Below, piece after piece: positions 12,974 through 25,832 of a stretch of DNA of 64,000 nt (position 1 is the first letter of the stretch; every line of letters begins with the position of its first letter). The stretch is from assembly GCA_964234715.1 (NCBI GenBank), contig OZ174277.1; one strand, given 5' to 3'. Under the pieces are notes generated by a model. It made no database searches. It saw only the letters and a program-made list of their open reading frames with translations, and had not been told where the DNA came from. The DNA is from Podarcis melisellensis. Taxonomy: Eukaryota. The position numbers were made by a program, and so were the translations under genes.

Positions 12974-13069
12974 TATGTGTTTGTCAGCCACAATCATCCT
13001 TACCTCACTAATTCATTGGCGGAGGGGGGGGGGGCTAGTTGTCAGACACAGTTTTGCTGCTTTAACACC

Positions 13070-13092
13070 ATTGTTGTTGTTGTTGTTGTTGT
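13070..13092. repeat. (TTG)n microsatellite
   Basis: Seen directly. Confidence 0.85.
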
Positions 13093-14360
13093 TTTCTATA
13101 CTACCCGTCAACCAAGAATCACATGGCTATAATGATATTTCTGTGAATGAAGTTTCTTCCTGTTTGGGGTGATAAAATTAACCACACATTGTGATCTTCT
13201 GCCTCATCTAATAAGAGGTTTCTGTGGGCTAGAGAAGTAGGAGGGAAAGGTAGTCTTTCTCTTTTTCAACTTCCTTGTATCTCAGTGTTATGCTATGCCA
13301 CCCGAGATTGTATTAACAATAAACCTTTGATGACAGAATAATAAAACATGTTTACATCAAGGAAGATGTTTAGATAGACTGACTAGGGATTCAGACTAGT
13401 CATGCTTTAGTCCCTCTGAAATCAATGTGACTTAAGTTAGTCAATTTATCCCTTTGATTTAAATGAGGATAAAACATACTGTACCTAATTTAGTCTGGAA
13501 CCAGTCTCCATCTGTCTGTCTCTTGTCTGTTTGCACACTTTAGGGACCATTCATGGGTATAAAGAGATATGAAGGTGTGGTTTGGGAAAATGTTACCTTT
13601 CTGATCTGATCATAGAGAGATGCCTTTACAAGATTTGTTTACCTTGCTCAGCTGCCTGTACTTAGTATCAGATTAAACCATTGCTGTATTTTACTGCTTT
13701 TATGAATTTTAAGTGGAATGTTATTTTATCTGCATGCTGGAAACCACTTTGAGGTCACAGTGTGACCAAAAGCAGTCTATATGCACAATCATTCAATCTC
13801 ATTGAAACAACTGGAAATGCAGTTTTTTGCCCTTTATTCAGCATTTTGCAGTCTGCTTCTCCACGTACTGTCTGTCTATTCTGTACAAATGTCTATTTGA
13901 AGAAGTAGGTCTTTGAATATAAATGGCTAGGAGACAAGCAGGGAAGGAGGGACGAAGCCTTCATGTCCTACATACCCCAAAGCATCTGGCTGGAGAATGC
14001 TGGATGCTAAATATGCTAACCTCTGTGTATTTTTATAGGTTTATAGTATATGTGCTGCCAAAGTGAGCTTCAGGGTGTTGGACTAGATGGGTCTTTGGTC
14101 TCATCCAGAAGGCCATCCTAATACCTTTATGTGTTTAGCTTACTGTACTCCGAAACGATTTCAAGATGATTCCTGAATGTTTTGTTAAATAAATTAAAAC
14201 AAAAACAAGAAAAATGTGATTATAGGCAAAACTTGGTAATTTAATGCTTCTCAATAAGCAAGAAGATTCAAATGTGGATGGAAGGAAAGGAGGGAAGCAA
14301 GTTTTGCTGCTCAGGGCAACAAAAAACATTGAACTGATTCTGATCACTGTATACCATTAG

Positions 14361-14705
14361 TAAAAAGGTAAAGGGACCCCTGACCATTAGGTCCAGACTC
14401 TGGGGTTGCGGCGCTCATCTCACTTTATTGGCTGAGGGAGCCGGCATACAGCTTCCGGGTCATGTGGCCAGCAGGACTAATCAGCTTCTGGTGAACCACA
14501 GCAGCGCATGGAAATGCTGTTTACCTTCCCGCTGGAGCGGTGCCTATTTATCTACTTGCACTTTGACGTGCTTTTGAACTGCTAGGTTGGCAGGAGCTGG
14601 GACCGAGCAACGGGAGCTCACCCCATTGCAGGGATTCGAACCGCCGACCTTCTGATCGGCAAGTCCTAGGCTCTGTGGTTTAACCCACAGCGCCATCCGC
14701 GTCCC
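14361..14705 (-). mobile_element. Sauria/Squam1 SINE, full length
   Basis: Reverse complement of the same consensus, from gggacgc head to cctttacct tail. Confidence 0.93.
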
Positions 14706-17591
14706 ACTATATACCACTATATATCCCACTATATATCACTCCATTAGGAGTGAACAAATAATCCTTAAAGTGTTTGGGTTTTTTTTTAAATTAGATGTAT
14801 ACATGTTTTTAGAACTATTGTCATTAATAGAAAATCAAGACCTTCCCATTCAAGCTAAGATTTTTTTATAGCAAGAGAATCACACAAGGAATCACTAGAG
14901 CATACTTCTGAGTAGATGTCTCACATTGCATATTCACACTATTTAAAATGGTGATACTGAACATTAATCATAGATCAGATATCTTGTAGATGTTGTTTAG
15001 CATATCAATGTTATACTTTTGATTATTAAATAATTGAATACTTGATGGCAACTGGACTTCTCTGAGGCCACAGTGTACACAAATAGTATGCCAGATTGTT
15101 GTGATGATTGGTAGTATCTGAGACATCAAAATTAAAGGCATATCACGGGACACTCAAAGTGCCAGTGCAGTGAATGAGAGGACTTAGCATTGAGCAAACT
15201 ACCGTAATCACTGGAATCCTGTAAGGCTTATGCGACATTGTGGCACTATATAAATATCAAGGTTTTTTTTCCATATATATAAAAAAGTGTCATGGAGTTA
15301 ATCTTTTAAATACTAAGAAGACTTACTCCTTTTACAAACAGTTTTAAATAGCAAATACATTAATGGGTCAGCCCAGTGAGTGCTCTTTAACAAGTCACTT
15401 TTGTTTTAAAAGGCACTCTCACAACTGTTGTTATTTTTAAAGCCAAGTGAATGGCCCATATGTCAAGCGATACTTGGTAAGAGTTAAAGCAGGAAAAAGT
15501 AGATGAGCAAGAATACTTCCTTGGCTGACCTGCCAACTTCTATTTTACTGTTTTTGGACTTGAATTTCTCAGCAAGATCAAAATTGATTAGGAGCTGCTT
15601 TCATGTCTGATAAAATTATTGAACTGGGGGTGTTTTCTGAACTTCTCAGAAACAGACAATACATCTGTTTTTCAAGCAAAAGTCAAATGGTATATTCACT
15701 AAGATTTGCACAATTGGGTCATCTTCCTTTAATAACTCTTCTTTTATTTTTCTGTTTTGTAAGATACACTGCAGATTCAAAAGCCTTAGCCAATAATAGT
15801 CTTAATTGCAAGCAGAGGGTGGAAGACCATATGATCTTCTCATGATCTCTAGAATTCTTTTTCTATGCTAATTTTTATAATTGTTTGTTACCCATAAACC
15901 AGGCTTCAAGCCCAGCAACAGACTAATGTGCAGTCAGGTACTTTGAAGGGTCGGATTTCCTTGTGCTCTGAGCCCAATTAATATGCGTTGAGAACTGATT
16001 GCTGGAAGGCATGTTTTCTGTAGGTATCCAACAGCTGCAAAAAAGAAACAAAGCTACTAACTGAACAAGGAATTTAAAAAAACCCAATATTTTGCTCTTG
16101 AATAGGAGCTTCAATATGAAGATCTCAAAGTTCCTTTAGGAATAAATGTCTGGTTAAACTAAAATACAAAGAAGTTTACTGAATTGCCAAAGTTCAGAAG
16201 GGCGATTTCCACAGGGCATGAAACATTACCAAAACCTACATGTACAAATTCTAGTCTTACCATACCAGCCTCAGCAAGAATTAGGGCTTTGTTGGTGGTT
16301 GCCCCGGGTTGTGGAACAGCATAATATGGAACATGCATCACAGCAGAACCATAGCAGCACTTAGAAGGAAATTAAAGATACATTATTTTCAGGAATATTT
16401 TAGGAATTGATGGGGGGTGTATTGGACATAATTGATGCAGAACTGCATGCGTACTACATAATGTTCTGCAATACTTTTAGTATTCTAGACACTGTTGTAA
16501 GCTGCTTTGATCACAGGATAGACAGAAGAAGAATATGATAAATGAATGAATGAATAAAACCTGATGCCAGAATGTGAACCTGGGACTTTCTGCATGCAAG
16601 AGCCACTGCCCTTCCCTAGTTGGTCCTGTGCTTGTAATCACTACCTTGGATTAAAAGCCCACTTCTAGAAATCTACTCTTTCATCACCTGCTTATGAATA
16701 GAAAATGGTGGTTTAAAACTCTATCTCATAGTAACGAGTGTGCAGAAAGTGATTTTGATGGATGCAAGAGCATTTATCCAGTGTAACAAAAAGGAGGAAA
16801 ACCTCGGTGAAAGATTCCATAGCTGACAGATGACATCTGCATAGTTATCAACTTGAGAAGAAATAGATTTTAAAAGACTCAAGAACTTGAACAGCAAAGA
16901 AAGACAATAGGCATTTGAAAGAGCGAAACAGCAAAGGGAAGAAGAACAGAGAACAACTGAGATGAGATAAATGAGGGGGAAATGGTAACAGAGAGAACAT
17001 CACAAGGGGTAAGACTGAGCTGATGCACAAGGAATGAAAACAAGGAAGAATATGTAATTTTGCAAGTATACAGCAATTAATATGCAGCAATTTGTTTAGC
17101 AAAACTGAGCCATAAGCAAACTTAAGAGCTTTTACTTAGTCTGCTGTTTAGCTTGTTTACTGCATGGCTGAAATTTCTAGTCCCAGGCCAGACTGTTCTG
17201 GGTCATCAAATTAAAGACATCAGATTCTTGCAACGTGGGTGAACATGTGTTAAAAGGCAGCAGGAGGAAAAATAACAAGAATCATATTTTTCATTTATAG
17301 AGGCTAATACAGCATTTTAGAGCATGCTTCATGTATGTACCCCAGTAAAGCTTCTCAGCACTTTTCTGAGTATTATTATCACATGTTGCAGATAGAGTAC
17401 TGAGCGACAAAAGCTAGCCTAAGACTGCAATCCTATAAAGCATGGGTGGCTAACATTTTTTGACTTGAGGGCCACACTGAGAGTGGGCCATCCCTTCAAT
17501 AGTTGTATGCTAAAGTGTGTGCATGCACTCGGAACATATACATATATGAACTGTATATTTATTTATTTATTAAAAAATAATGTTCTGAACA

Positions 17592-17956
17592 CGGGGACGC
17601 AGGTGGCGCTGTGGGTAAAAGCCTCAGCGCCTAGGGCTTGCCGATAGAAAGGTCGGTGGTTCGAATCCCCGCGGTGGGGTGCGCTCCCGTTGCTCAGTCC
17701 CAGCACCTGCCAACCTAGCAGTTCGAAAGCACCCCCGGGTGCAAGTAGATAAATAGGGACCGCTTACTAGCGGGAAGGTAAACGGCATTTCCGTGTGCAG
17801 CTCTGGCTTGCCAGAGCAGCGATGTCACACTGGCCACGTGACCCGGAAGTGTCTCCGGACAGCGCTGGCCCCTGGCCTCTAAAGTGAGATGGGCACACAA
17901 CCCCAGAGTCTGTCAAGACTGGCCCGTACGGGCAGGGGTACCTTTACCTTTACCTT
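17592..17956 (+). mobile_element. Sauria/Squam1 SINE, full length
   Basis: Perfect 14-bp TSD taatgttctgaaca (17578-17591, 17957-17970), A/B boxes, (ACCTTT)n tail. Confidence 0.95.
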
Positions 17957-18165
17957 TAATGTTCTGAACAAGATAGTATTTCAAATTGTAACTCCCCTTG
18001 GTTTCAGGAACAGTGAAAGTAGGTCAATGCCACGTACTTTTTTATTGCTTAAGTACAGTAGGAAGGAGATTCAACAAAGCTTTCCAAGGCAGGAGACTGA
18101 AGTGCAACACAGTCAAACAATGACATCCCAGGCTAGGGACATTACATCATATGAACAAACACACA

Positions 18166-18545
18166 GTGGTCAACAAAAGAGGTTTAAAGACTGTCTCAAG
18201 GCAAATCTAAAAAAAATGTAGTATAAACATTGACAACTGGGAAACACTGGCCTGCGAGTGCTCCAGTTGGAGAACAGCCTTTACCAAAGGTGTCATGGGC
18301 TTTGAAGACACTCGAACTCAGGACGCAAGGGAGAAATGTGCTAAGAGGAAGGCATGCTTGGCAAATCCGCACCGTGATCAATTCCTACCCGGAAACCAAT
18401 GTCCCCACTGGAAGGACGTGTGGATCCAGAATTGGCCTCCACAGTCACTTACGGACTCATTGTTAAATCCGTGTTCATTTAAGACAATCTTACTAAGCTA
18501 CGAGTGATCGCCGAAGAAGGAGGAGGAGGAGGAGGAAGAGGAGGA
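18166..18545 (+). mobile_element. RTE-clade LINE 3' end (ORF C-terminus with zinc-finger remnant, GAA/GGA tail)
   Basis: GQQKRFKDCLKANL...WETLA...RTCGSRIGLHSHLRTHC with frameshifts. Homologous to 32304-32715. Confidence 0.85.
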
Positions 18546-20752
18546 TACATTGCCCATTAGCTTCCCAGTGGCTCCTATTCATGGATGCTGGCACGTACCA
18601 CGCCGTAAATCTCTGAAGATGTGCCTCAGAATCCCAAGTTTCCTTTATTAAATTATCCTGTATTGCAGTTTTCCTGAAATGCCTGTTACTTTCACTAAAT
18701 CAGGAAGACATTTCAGAATTTCCCTTTCTTTATCCTACAACAAATATATTAATTAATAAATAATAATAAATCTCTCAGTTGTAAGATTCAACCCTACATT
18801 TCATTTTTACTTATATTTTAAACTTTCAGGGGAAAAATAATATTTTTTAATTTCACAACACTTGGATCTGTAACTGGAAGCCAGTCAAGGTCCCCTTTCT
18901 GTTTCCTGGTGCACTCCCCACTTTCAGCAGAAGATGGCTTTCTGAATAACCCATGATGTAACCCAACTGTTTTGCCTTAGGGAAAGCTGCAAAAAAGCTC
19001 CCCCCTTGTGAAATTGACAAATAATTGCACCCTCCCTTCTCGTCTTTAGCTTAGTTCATCACCTACTTTCATCCACATTCCCATCCCTCTTAACTTCCTA
19101 TTGTAGCTCCTGTGCAAACCTTTTAAAAATAAAAAGCAATTAAATGACTGGTCTTTGATTTGCTAATATGCTCTCATTCTCATGTCCCTTCACTCTCAAT
19201 TCATGTTTAGTTGTTGATTCCTGTTTGTATTTTTAAAAAATAATAATAATACAGAAGTTTTCTGCTAAAGCAGTTAAGTTCAAAACTGATCTATTATAAA
19301 ATGTTGATTTATGTTCTGCAAATGTAGCTCCAGCAAACAAACACTCCTTTTCCTGCCAATTCTTCCTGAAGGGCCAATTATATTATTAATTTTATTTTTA
19401 GTACAGCTGTTTTGTGCAAGAGCAAAAAACATCTGCTTTAGTGCCTTTACCAACAACCAGTGTGAACGGCATGCCACATCCTTTCCTTTGGACTGATAGA
19501 AGTAGGCTGGGTAGAAACAGATAGCACCCATTGAATTGTCACCCCCACAATGCGCTATAGTACATCCACAGCTATGTAAAATGCACTTTTGTATTCCATT
19601 TTCTTCATTGGATTAACCACGGATTGGGAATATCTGAACTAATTGGGGAGAAAGTGCATGTTGGATGAGGACATTGTGTAAAAACAAAAACAACAACCCT
19701 GTGAAGCAGGCACCTTTAAATCTAAATTCAACTCTCATCTGGGTGAGACCACTATAAATTGTAATCTGAAGCAATAATAACACTCAAATAGTTACCATAT
19801 GTGGCTCTGAACCTCAGCACACAAATGATAATGAAGATAACAAAGATGACACATAAATCTCATGAGAGGTAATCCACAACGCAGAAAAATACTGGGATGA
19901 AACTTGTTTAAATAATGTATTTTGTCTACATAGGCTATGGTTCAGTTTGTGTTTCAGATAAATATATTAACTGATAAGACATAAGTTATAATTGGATCCT
20001 GAAACCCGCACATGAAAGGGTTGTGGCAAGGCTATGGAGAGAACAGGGTAGGAAATTAATTTTCTGTTTACCTCATTTGACAGGCAGATCTTTGGTTTCA
20101 ACCTACAGCCATGCAAATTATTTTATAACAGTTTTTAAAACATTAGAAATTTAATTTTTTTCTTAGGCAATGTTAAAATTAAAGGTGTTCTTCTGCAGAA
20201 GATAAAGACATGTACACACACAAACACACAATCTAAGTTGGGGGGGGGGACACAGCCATTCAATCTACATTTCATTTGCTTGCTGTTTTCCCCTCTCTAA
20301 ATTCAACAACTGTATTTTGTTAATTGATTGCACAGTACATCAAAATTGGTCCTTTATGAGCATTCCAGCCTAAGGACATGCCTTTGTCTCTTTAAGGAAG
20401 AATCCCTGGAAGATTAGCTTTGCTGCTATGCCTTCTGCAAACTTTGTGTCCTCAAACTTTGTGTAGTGGGTAGGGTTCATTTCAAGTGGGTAGGGTTCGT
20501 TTCCTGCTACACAACAGCGTTTGCAAAGAAGTTCTGCTGACATTGGTCAACTAGATTTTATTACCATAGGTGATAATATAGTCATTGTGCAGTCTCCACA
20601 AAAGCATATTTGCAATGAAGCTATTTTCACATTCTTTGCTATACTGAAATTCTGTTCAAACATCTTTTTCAGATAAGATATTGCTAATGTTGGGAGAGAG
20701 CAGAGGTGTGTAGCAGTTCCTTAAAAATTTGAGTGGAAATTATACTGGCAGG

Positions 20753-20976
20753 TAGAGTTGCCATATTTCAAAAAGTGAAAATCTGGACAGAAAAGTTTTT
20801 GAGGGCTTTTTTTTTTTTTGCAAAGTTCTTAGCTTTGACCTAAGCTGGGTTGTTGTTTTTCAAAGCTGCCATATGTCCGGAGTTTCCCAGACGTATAGCC
20901 GATTTCCGTCCAGATACTGCCTGCAGCTACAGTATTCCATATATGTCCAATAAATTCCAGATGTATGGCAACCCTA
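20753..20976. mobile_element. hAT-type MITE
   Basis: TIRs tagagttgccata / tatggcaacccta. 8-bp TSD ctggcagg / cttgcagg (7/8). Confidence 0.8.
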
Positions 20977-21589
20977 CTTGCAGGGCAGTTTTAACAAATT
21001 AATTACATGATTAGTTTTCACAAACAAAATTAAATAAATGGCTCAAACTGTTTTTTATAATACTAACTGCTTCCTGTCTTGTCCTTCTGCTTAATTAGGG
21101 GGGTTTCAAGATCATACAGTATTCACTCTAGTACCTAGTCTTGTGTTTTAAGAGAATCCTTAGCAGCTGGATCTCAGGTTCAGTTCCTAGCCTCTCCAGA
21201 ACTGGATCAGGTGATGAGAGCAATTTCTGCCTATTATCTTGGGTATGCTCTGCTAGTAAGAGTAGACAGAATTGGGCAAAATGCACAAAGAGTGTGATTT
21301 TATGTAAATCAGAGCCTAGTGTTCCTAATGCCCTGTCCCACGGAATGGATAGACACACAGGTTTTCCACAAGTGATAGCTTGGTTTTTTGTTTTTTAAGG
21401 TAAGGCCTGCTTTTGTGGAAGGAAGGAAGGAAGATTACATTTGGATAGAATTCAACACTAGGCTAATAAGATTGTTCTGTCGGCACAAGCTGGCTCCTGC
21501 TATAGCTGTATTGAATCCCTTCCTCCCTCTTACATCTAAGACATGTAGGAAACACAGTGGAGGGGCGGGAATAGTGCAAATATACTGCC

Positions 21590-21862
21590 TGGTGTGGAGG
21601 GTGGACCAATGATAGAACCTTTCAGTGGCAGTGCGCTCTCCCTCATTATGGGAAAATTTAAAAGCATTCCTGTTTACCCAGGCATTTGATGGTTAATAGA
21701 CACTGTTCCTGACAGCCTAGAGATCAGTGGTTCAGATAATGTTTTAAATGGATTAGAATGTTCTTAACTGTTTTAAGAATTTTTTAAAAAAAAGTTTTAT
21801 CATTGCATTGATATGTCTATTGTGTTCTTTGGAGGGGGGGGATATAAATCAAACAAACAAAC
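21590..21862 (+). mobile_element. Degraded L2 LINE 3' end
   Basis: aaagcattcctgtttacccaggcattt, then a T-rich UTR and gatataaat(caaa)n tail. Confidence 0.5.
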
Positions 21863-21875
21863 TAATCTGTAGCAT

Positions 21876-21936
21876 ATGAGGGGTTAGACTATATGACCCC
21901 CGTGGTTCCTTCCAACTCTACAATTCTATGATTCTA
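21876..21936 (+). mobile_element. CR1-type 3' tail
   Basis: ggttagactatatgacc...ccttccaactctacaattctatgattcta, the CR1 terminal hairpin and ATTCTRTG repeat. Confidence 0.75.
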
Positions 21937-22998
21937 AACAGCTAAAGAGAAGCCCCACTGCTTGCAGTCTTTTAGTTCCATGGTCTGAAAGGTTTCAGAT
22001 CTTGTCACAAAGAACAGTCAAGATTCTTCAGACAGGTCCTCTGCTAGGAATCTGTGGAGTATGCAGATGATTAAGAGGTGAGAGACATTTTGTCAGCTTC
22101 TCCACAAGGCTTTTGGCTCCATGGGGGTCATTTAACAACAAATCTCTGAGCTATGAAAGCAGATGTGTCTGGAAAGAGATTCTCCCACAGTGAGCTGGAA
22201 TTATTCAAGGTAGTAGACAGACCAATCTGCATTGACCTAATCAGTCAGAAACCTGGCCACTCTGTATGAGGATCCTGGAAACTGAATTTAAATGACAATC
22301 CCACCAAATTTGAGATCTCCATTTCAACAATACTGTACTTAAGAAGCATTTGCTATACAACCTTAAAGAAAAGCACCAGTTGTTCTAAATATAGATACAT
22401 TTTGGTATTTTATTAGGTCTTACAAACAGAAGAATTTTGCTAAGCAAAACACAACTGTCTTTTTCTGCAACTTCCAAGAAACAGGTAAAAACAGCTACCT
22501 TAGCTGTTTGTGAGCCTACTTGTATTGGTGTAATTTTTCACCAAGTCATACATTTCAAAGAAGTCTCAGAAATCAAACATGTAGCTGTGCATACCGATCT
22601 TCTTCCCTCCTGTTCAACAAATATGGTAAACTATGCCCAGGTAACACATGCTGCTGAGCAGTTATGCGGCTACTTTAATAAAGGATTTTCTGATACTTTG
22701 CACAAGAGTGCTTATTCTTCCCACATCTCAATGCTGGTACTTTGAAAAAAAAAATACATTGGGAAGTGCATTCTGTCTATAGGAACATATTAATCATTTA
22801 GAGCTACAGCATGAGAAAGGAGTTCTTTGCTTGATGTTTGACCTCCAAAGTAATTCTCCAGGATTACTTTATAGTCCTTTTTTCTTTTTGTGTTGATTAT
22901 GCAACTAGGGTCACCAAACGTTCATGGCACTTTACAGAGAAGAAATTGAAACGTATTTGAATCTTAAATTAATGCTTTAATTAATTGGCATGTGCCTT

Positions 22999-23404
22999 TG
23001 GTAAGGAAAAGATGATTTCCAGAAGAGGAGCAAATTGGTCTCTTGCACCAAAAAGCAAGAGTCCTTAAAGCAGCTTTGATATATACCCAGAGTCCTGTAG
23101 TGATTTTATGCTCTTTATTGCAGCTTGTAAAACAGTGATTGAACTGCCCCCCAAACCTCAGGCTTTTATATACATTATTTACACAATGAGTCCAGTCTGA
23201 CTGACTGATTCTGCTTCCCTCCTGGAGCCTGATGGGTCTTTTCCTGCAGGCCAATCAGTTGTTGCATTCTATGATCCTACCAGCCTAATAGGCTGATTAA
23301 CTTCCTCCTGGAGCCTGATTGGTCTTTGCCTGAAAGCCAATCAGCTGTTGCATTCTAGGATCCTACTTGCCTATTGTTCTAGGATCCAAGCTTAGTACAT
23401 AACA
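22999..23404 (-). mobile_element. Solo LTR (about 406 bp)
   Basis: TG...CA ends (tggta / taaca) and 5-bp TSD gcctt / acctt (4/5). On the minus strand, in U3-R-U5 order: duplicated 86-bp CCAAT module, TATATAAAAG (23172-23163), AATAAA (23119-23114). Confidence 0.75.
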
Positions 23405-25004
23405 ACCTTAAAATTTAACAGTCTTCTTTGGACAGATGTTTTGGACTACAACATCCATAGGCACTGACTATTGGTCATGCTAGCCAGGGATGAGAGGAAT
23501 TGTAGTCCACCATGGGTGACACCAATCTGAAAAAGCCTGATCTAGGCTATAGAGAAGAATCAGAGGTTTAAGCTAGTTGAAAGTTGTTGCATTGACAGCT
23601 TGGAGCAAAATTGTTTACATTTTTTACTGGTCTATTGCTGCAATTATATCCTCTGCATGGAGTCAACTTCTCTCCTCACCTGCACATGGCATGCAGCAAT
23701 CCTGTATGAACTCTTTAAAAAATCAGCCACTAGATGAGTTCAAAGATATGCTTACACTTAAGTATCCAATGAAGAAACATGCAGCTGTTTTGTTTTCGTC
23801 TGTAAAAATTGTAATCAGAAATCTCTTCGGAGCATCTACACCTTAGGAGAGAAGTATGCAGTAAAACTGTACTGATTTTCTCTACTGTCATTCTTCCTGT
23901 TTTACAGTTTGCTTTTAAAGAAATGTTGTGCCTTAATCTTGATAGAGGGAATTAAATCAAAATTGGGTGTGGATTGACAGCATGTTAGACTGGAGACATA
24001 AAGGAAAATCATATGAGTGCAGGCATACTAGCAACACTAGCCCAGGATCCTTCCTGAAACCTATTCAGATAACTTCTTTGCTCAAAACCTTAACAGTTGA
24101 TATGGGTTGCAAAATAATAGCAAACAAACTTCTGGCCAAAGTATTAGTGTATGTTATTTTTGTGGGCATGTTAACAGATATCTTTCTGTTCATTTGTTTA
24201 CAAAAATCAGACCTTGTGGTTTTCTGCATTATTCCTAACTAGAAGCTGAAGTTTCAGATTTTCAAGTTAAATTAAACACAGCTTTCTCAGTCAGTAAAAC
24301 ACCCAGTGGCTCCTATTGTGTAATGAGAAAAATTGTTCTGGCAATTAAAATACCTATCCAAATCAAATATATTCTTCTGAATTACATTTTTCAAAAACTG
24401 TTTCAAACCAGGATGGATTTATTTTAAACAATCTGCCAAAGTAACTTTTCTGGGAAATTCCAGATTCCTGGCTGCTGCTGAAGTATGCGGTAAAACTGCA
24501 CTGACGTAAAAGTCCTTTGTAGAACTGCATTTGTTTCCTCCGTTGAGATAACTGAGGATCACCAGTCAAGGCATAGATTCATATTGCTTAAAACACATTT
24601 GTTTCTAGTCACTATAAGAACTAGATTTGGGAGGGGGCACTCTGCCCCCCTTGTACAATCTAGATCCTTCTCCCTAAAGATATATCTCTTTCACACAAAT
24701 TGTGCATTTACATACTGTGGTATCTTCCAGCACTTAATGTAACTAAAATGAAAGACATCTGGTATCAAGTGTGCCTGGAAATTAAAATCTCTAAGCTGGA
24801 AACCTTCCCTGTGACTTCCACAGCTGGTCATAGCTGCTCAGTGGATACAGAAAGGCACACAACAGATGTTTAAATGCACCCACCTCTTATTATTAGAGCA
24901 CATATTCCAGGGGTGAACCCAGATGCTGGAAATAGTTTTTTGGGATAATCTCAGCCCTGTAGTTAGTCTTCTTAGTTAGGTGGGACATTTGGGGAGGGTG
25001 GGGG

Positions 25005-25767
25005 CATAGCTGTCAACTGTCCCTTATTTGGCGGGAAACTCCCTTATCCCAGCACCATTTCCCGCTGCTGTCCCGGATTGATAATGTCCCTTAAATTTCC
25101 CAGGTTTCAAAGGAATCAGCTCCTCTCCCTGCCAGCCAGGGAGGAGGGCGACTCCAAGTGTGTTGCTTGGCTGTGTTGCTCACCCAATAAGGAGTCTAAG
25201 ACGGCTGGCTTGCTTCGCCCCTCCCCACCCCTTGCCAGCTGCTCTTGAATTACCTGTTTGGATGAACTGGGGGGCCTCTCGTTCTCCTCTCTCTTTGCAC
25301 ACGGAGGAAAATCCGTGGCGGCTCACTCATGCTCCTGCTGCCCGCCCCCCCACGCTCTTTCTTCCTGCCTTTCCCTCCTTGATGTGAGCTGGTGTCACTC
25401 ACAAAAGCCACGCAGGAGGCGAGAGAGAGAGAGATTCAGCCCCGGCAGGCGGTTTCCGGGCACGCCAAATATAGGCAAGTCCAAAAGGAAAGGGCAAAAA
25501 AGAGGGAGAGAGAACGACTGGGGGGTGAAGCTTGCATGCTTTGTACCTATCAAATCGGCTGCGTTGCCTTTGCTCAGCGCTTCCCAGCGGAGAGGTGACG
25601 GTGGTTTTCCTTGCTGCATCCCCTTTGCTGGGTTGCTGTGCTGTGGGAACCACCACTTGAGGCTTTGTTTGGCTGTTGGTTGTCTAAAATCCCTTATTTT
25701 GGCTGCTGATGCCTTATTTTCAAGGTTGCTGGTGCCTTATTTTCAAATCTGTAAGTTGACAGCTGTG
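25005..25767. mobile_element. Non-autonomous hAT transposon (763 bp)
   Basis: TIRs catagctgtcaac / gttgacagctgtg, perfect 8-bp TSD ggtggggg, repeated subterminal CCTTAT motifs at both ends. Confidence 0.9.
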
Positions 25768-25832
25768 GGTGGGGGTGCAGAGCACCAGCTAATTCCCACC
25801 CGCCAAATATACTGGTGTAGAGGATGTATTTT

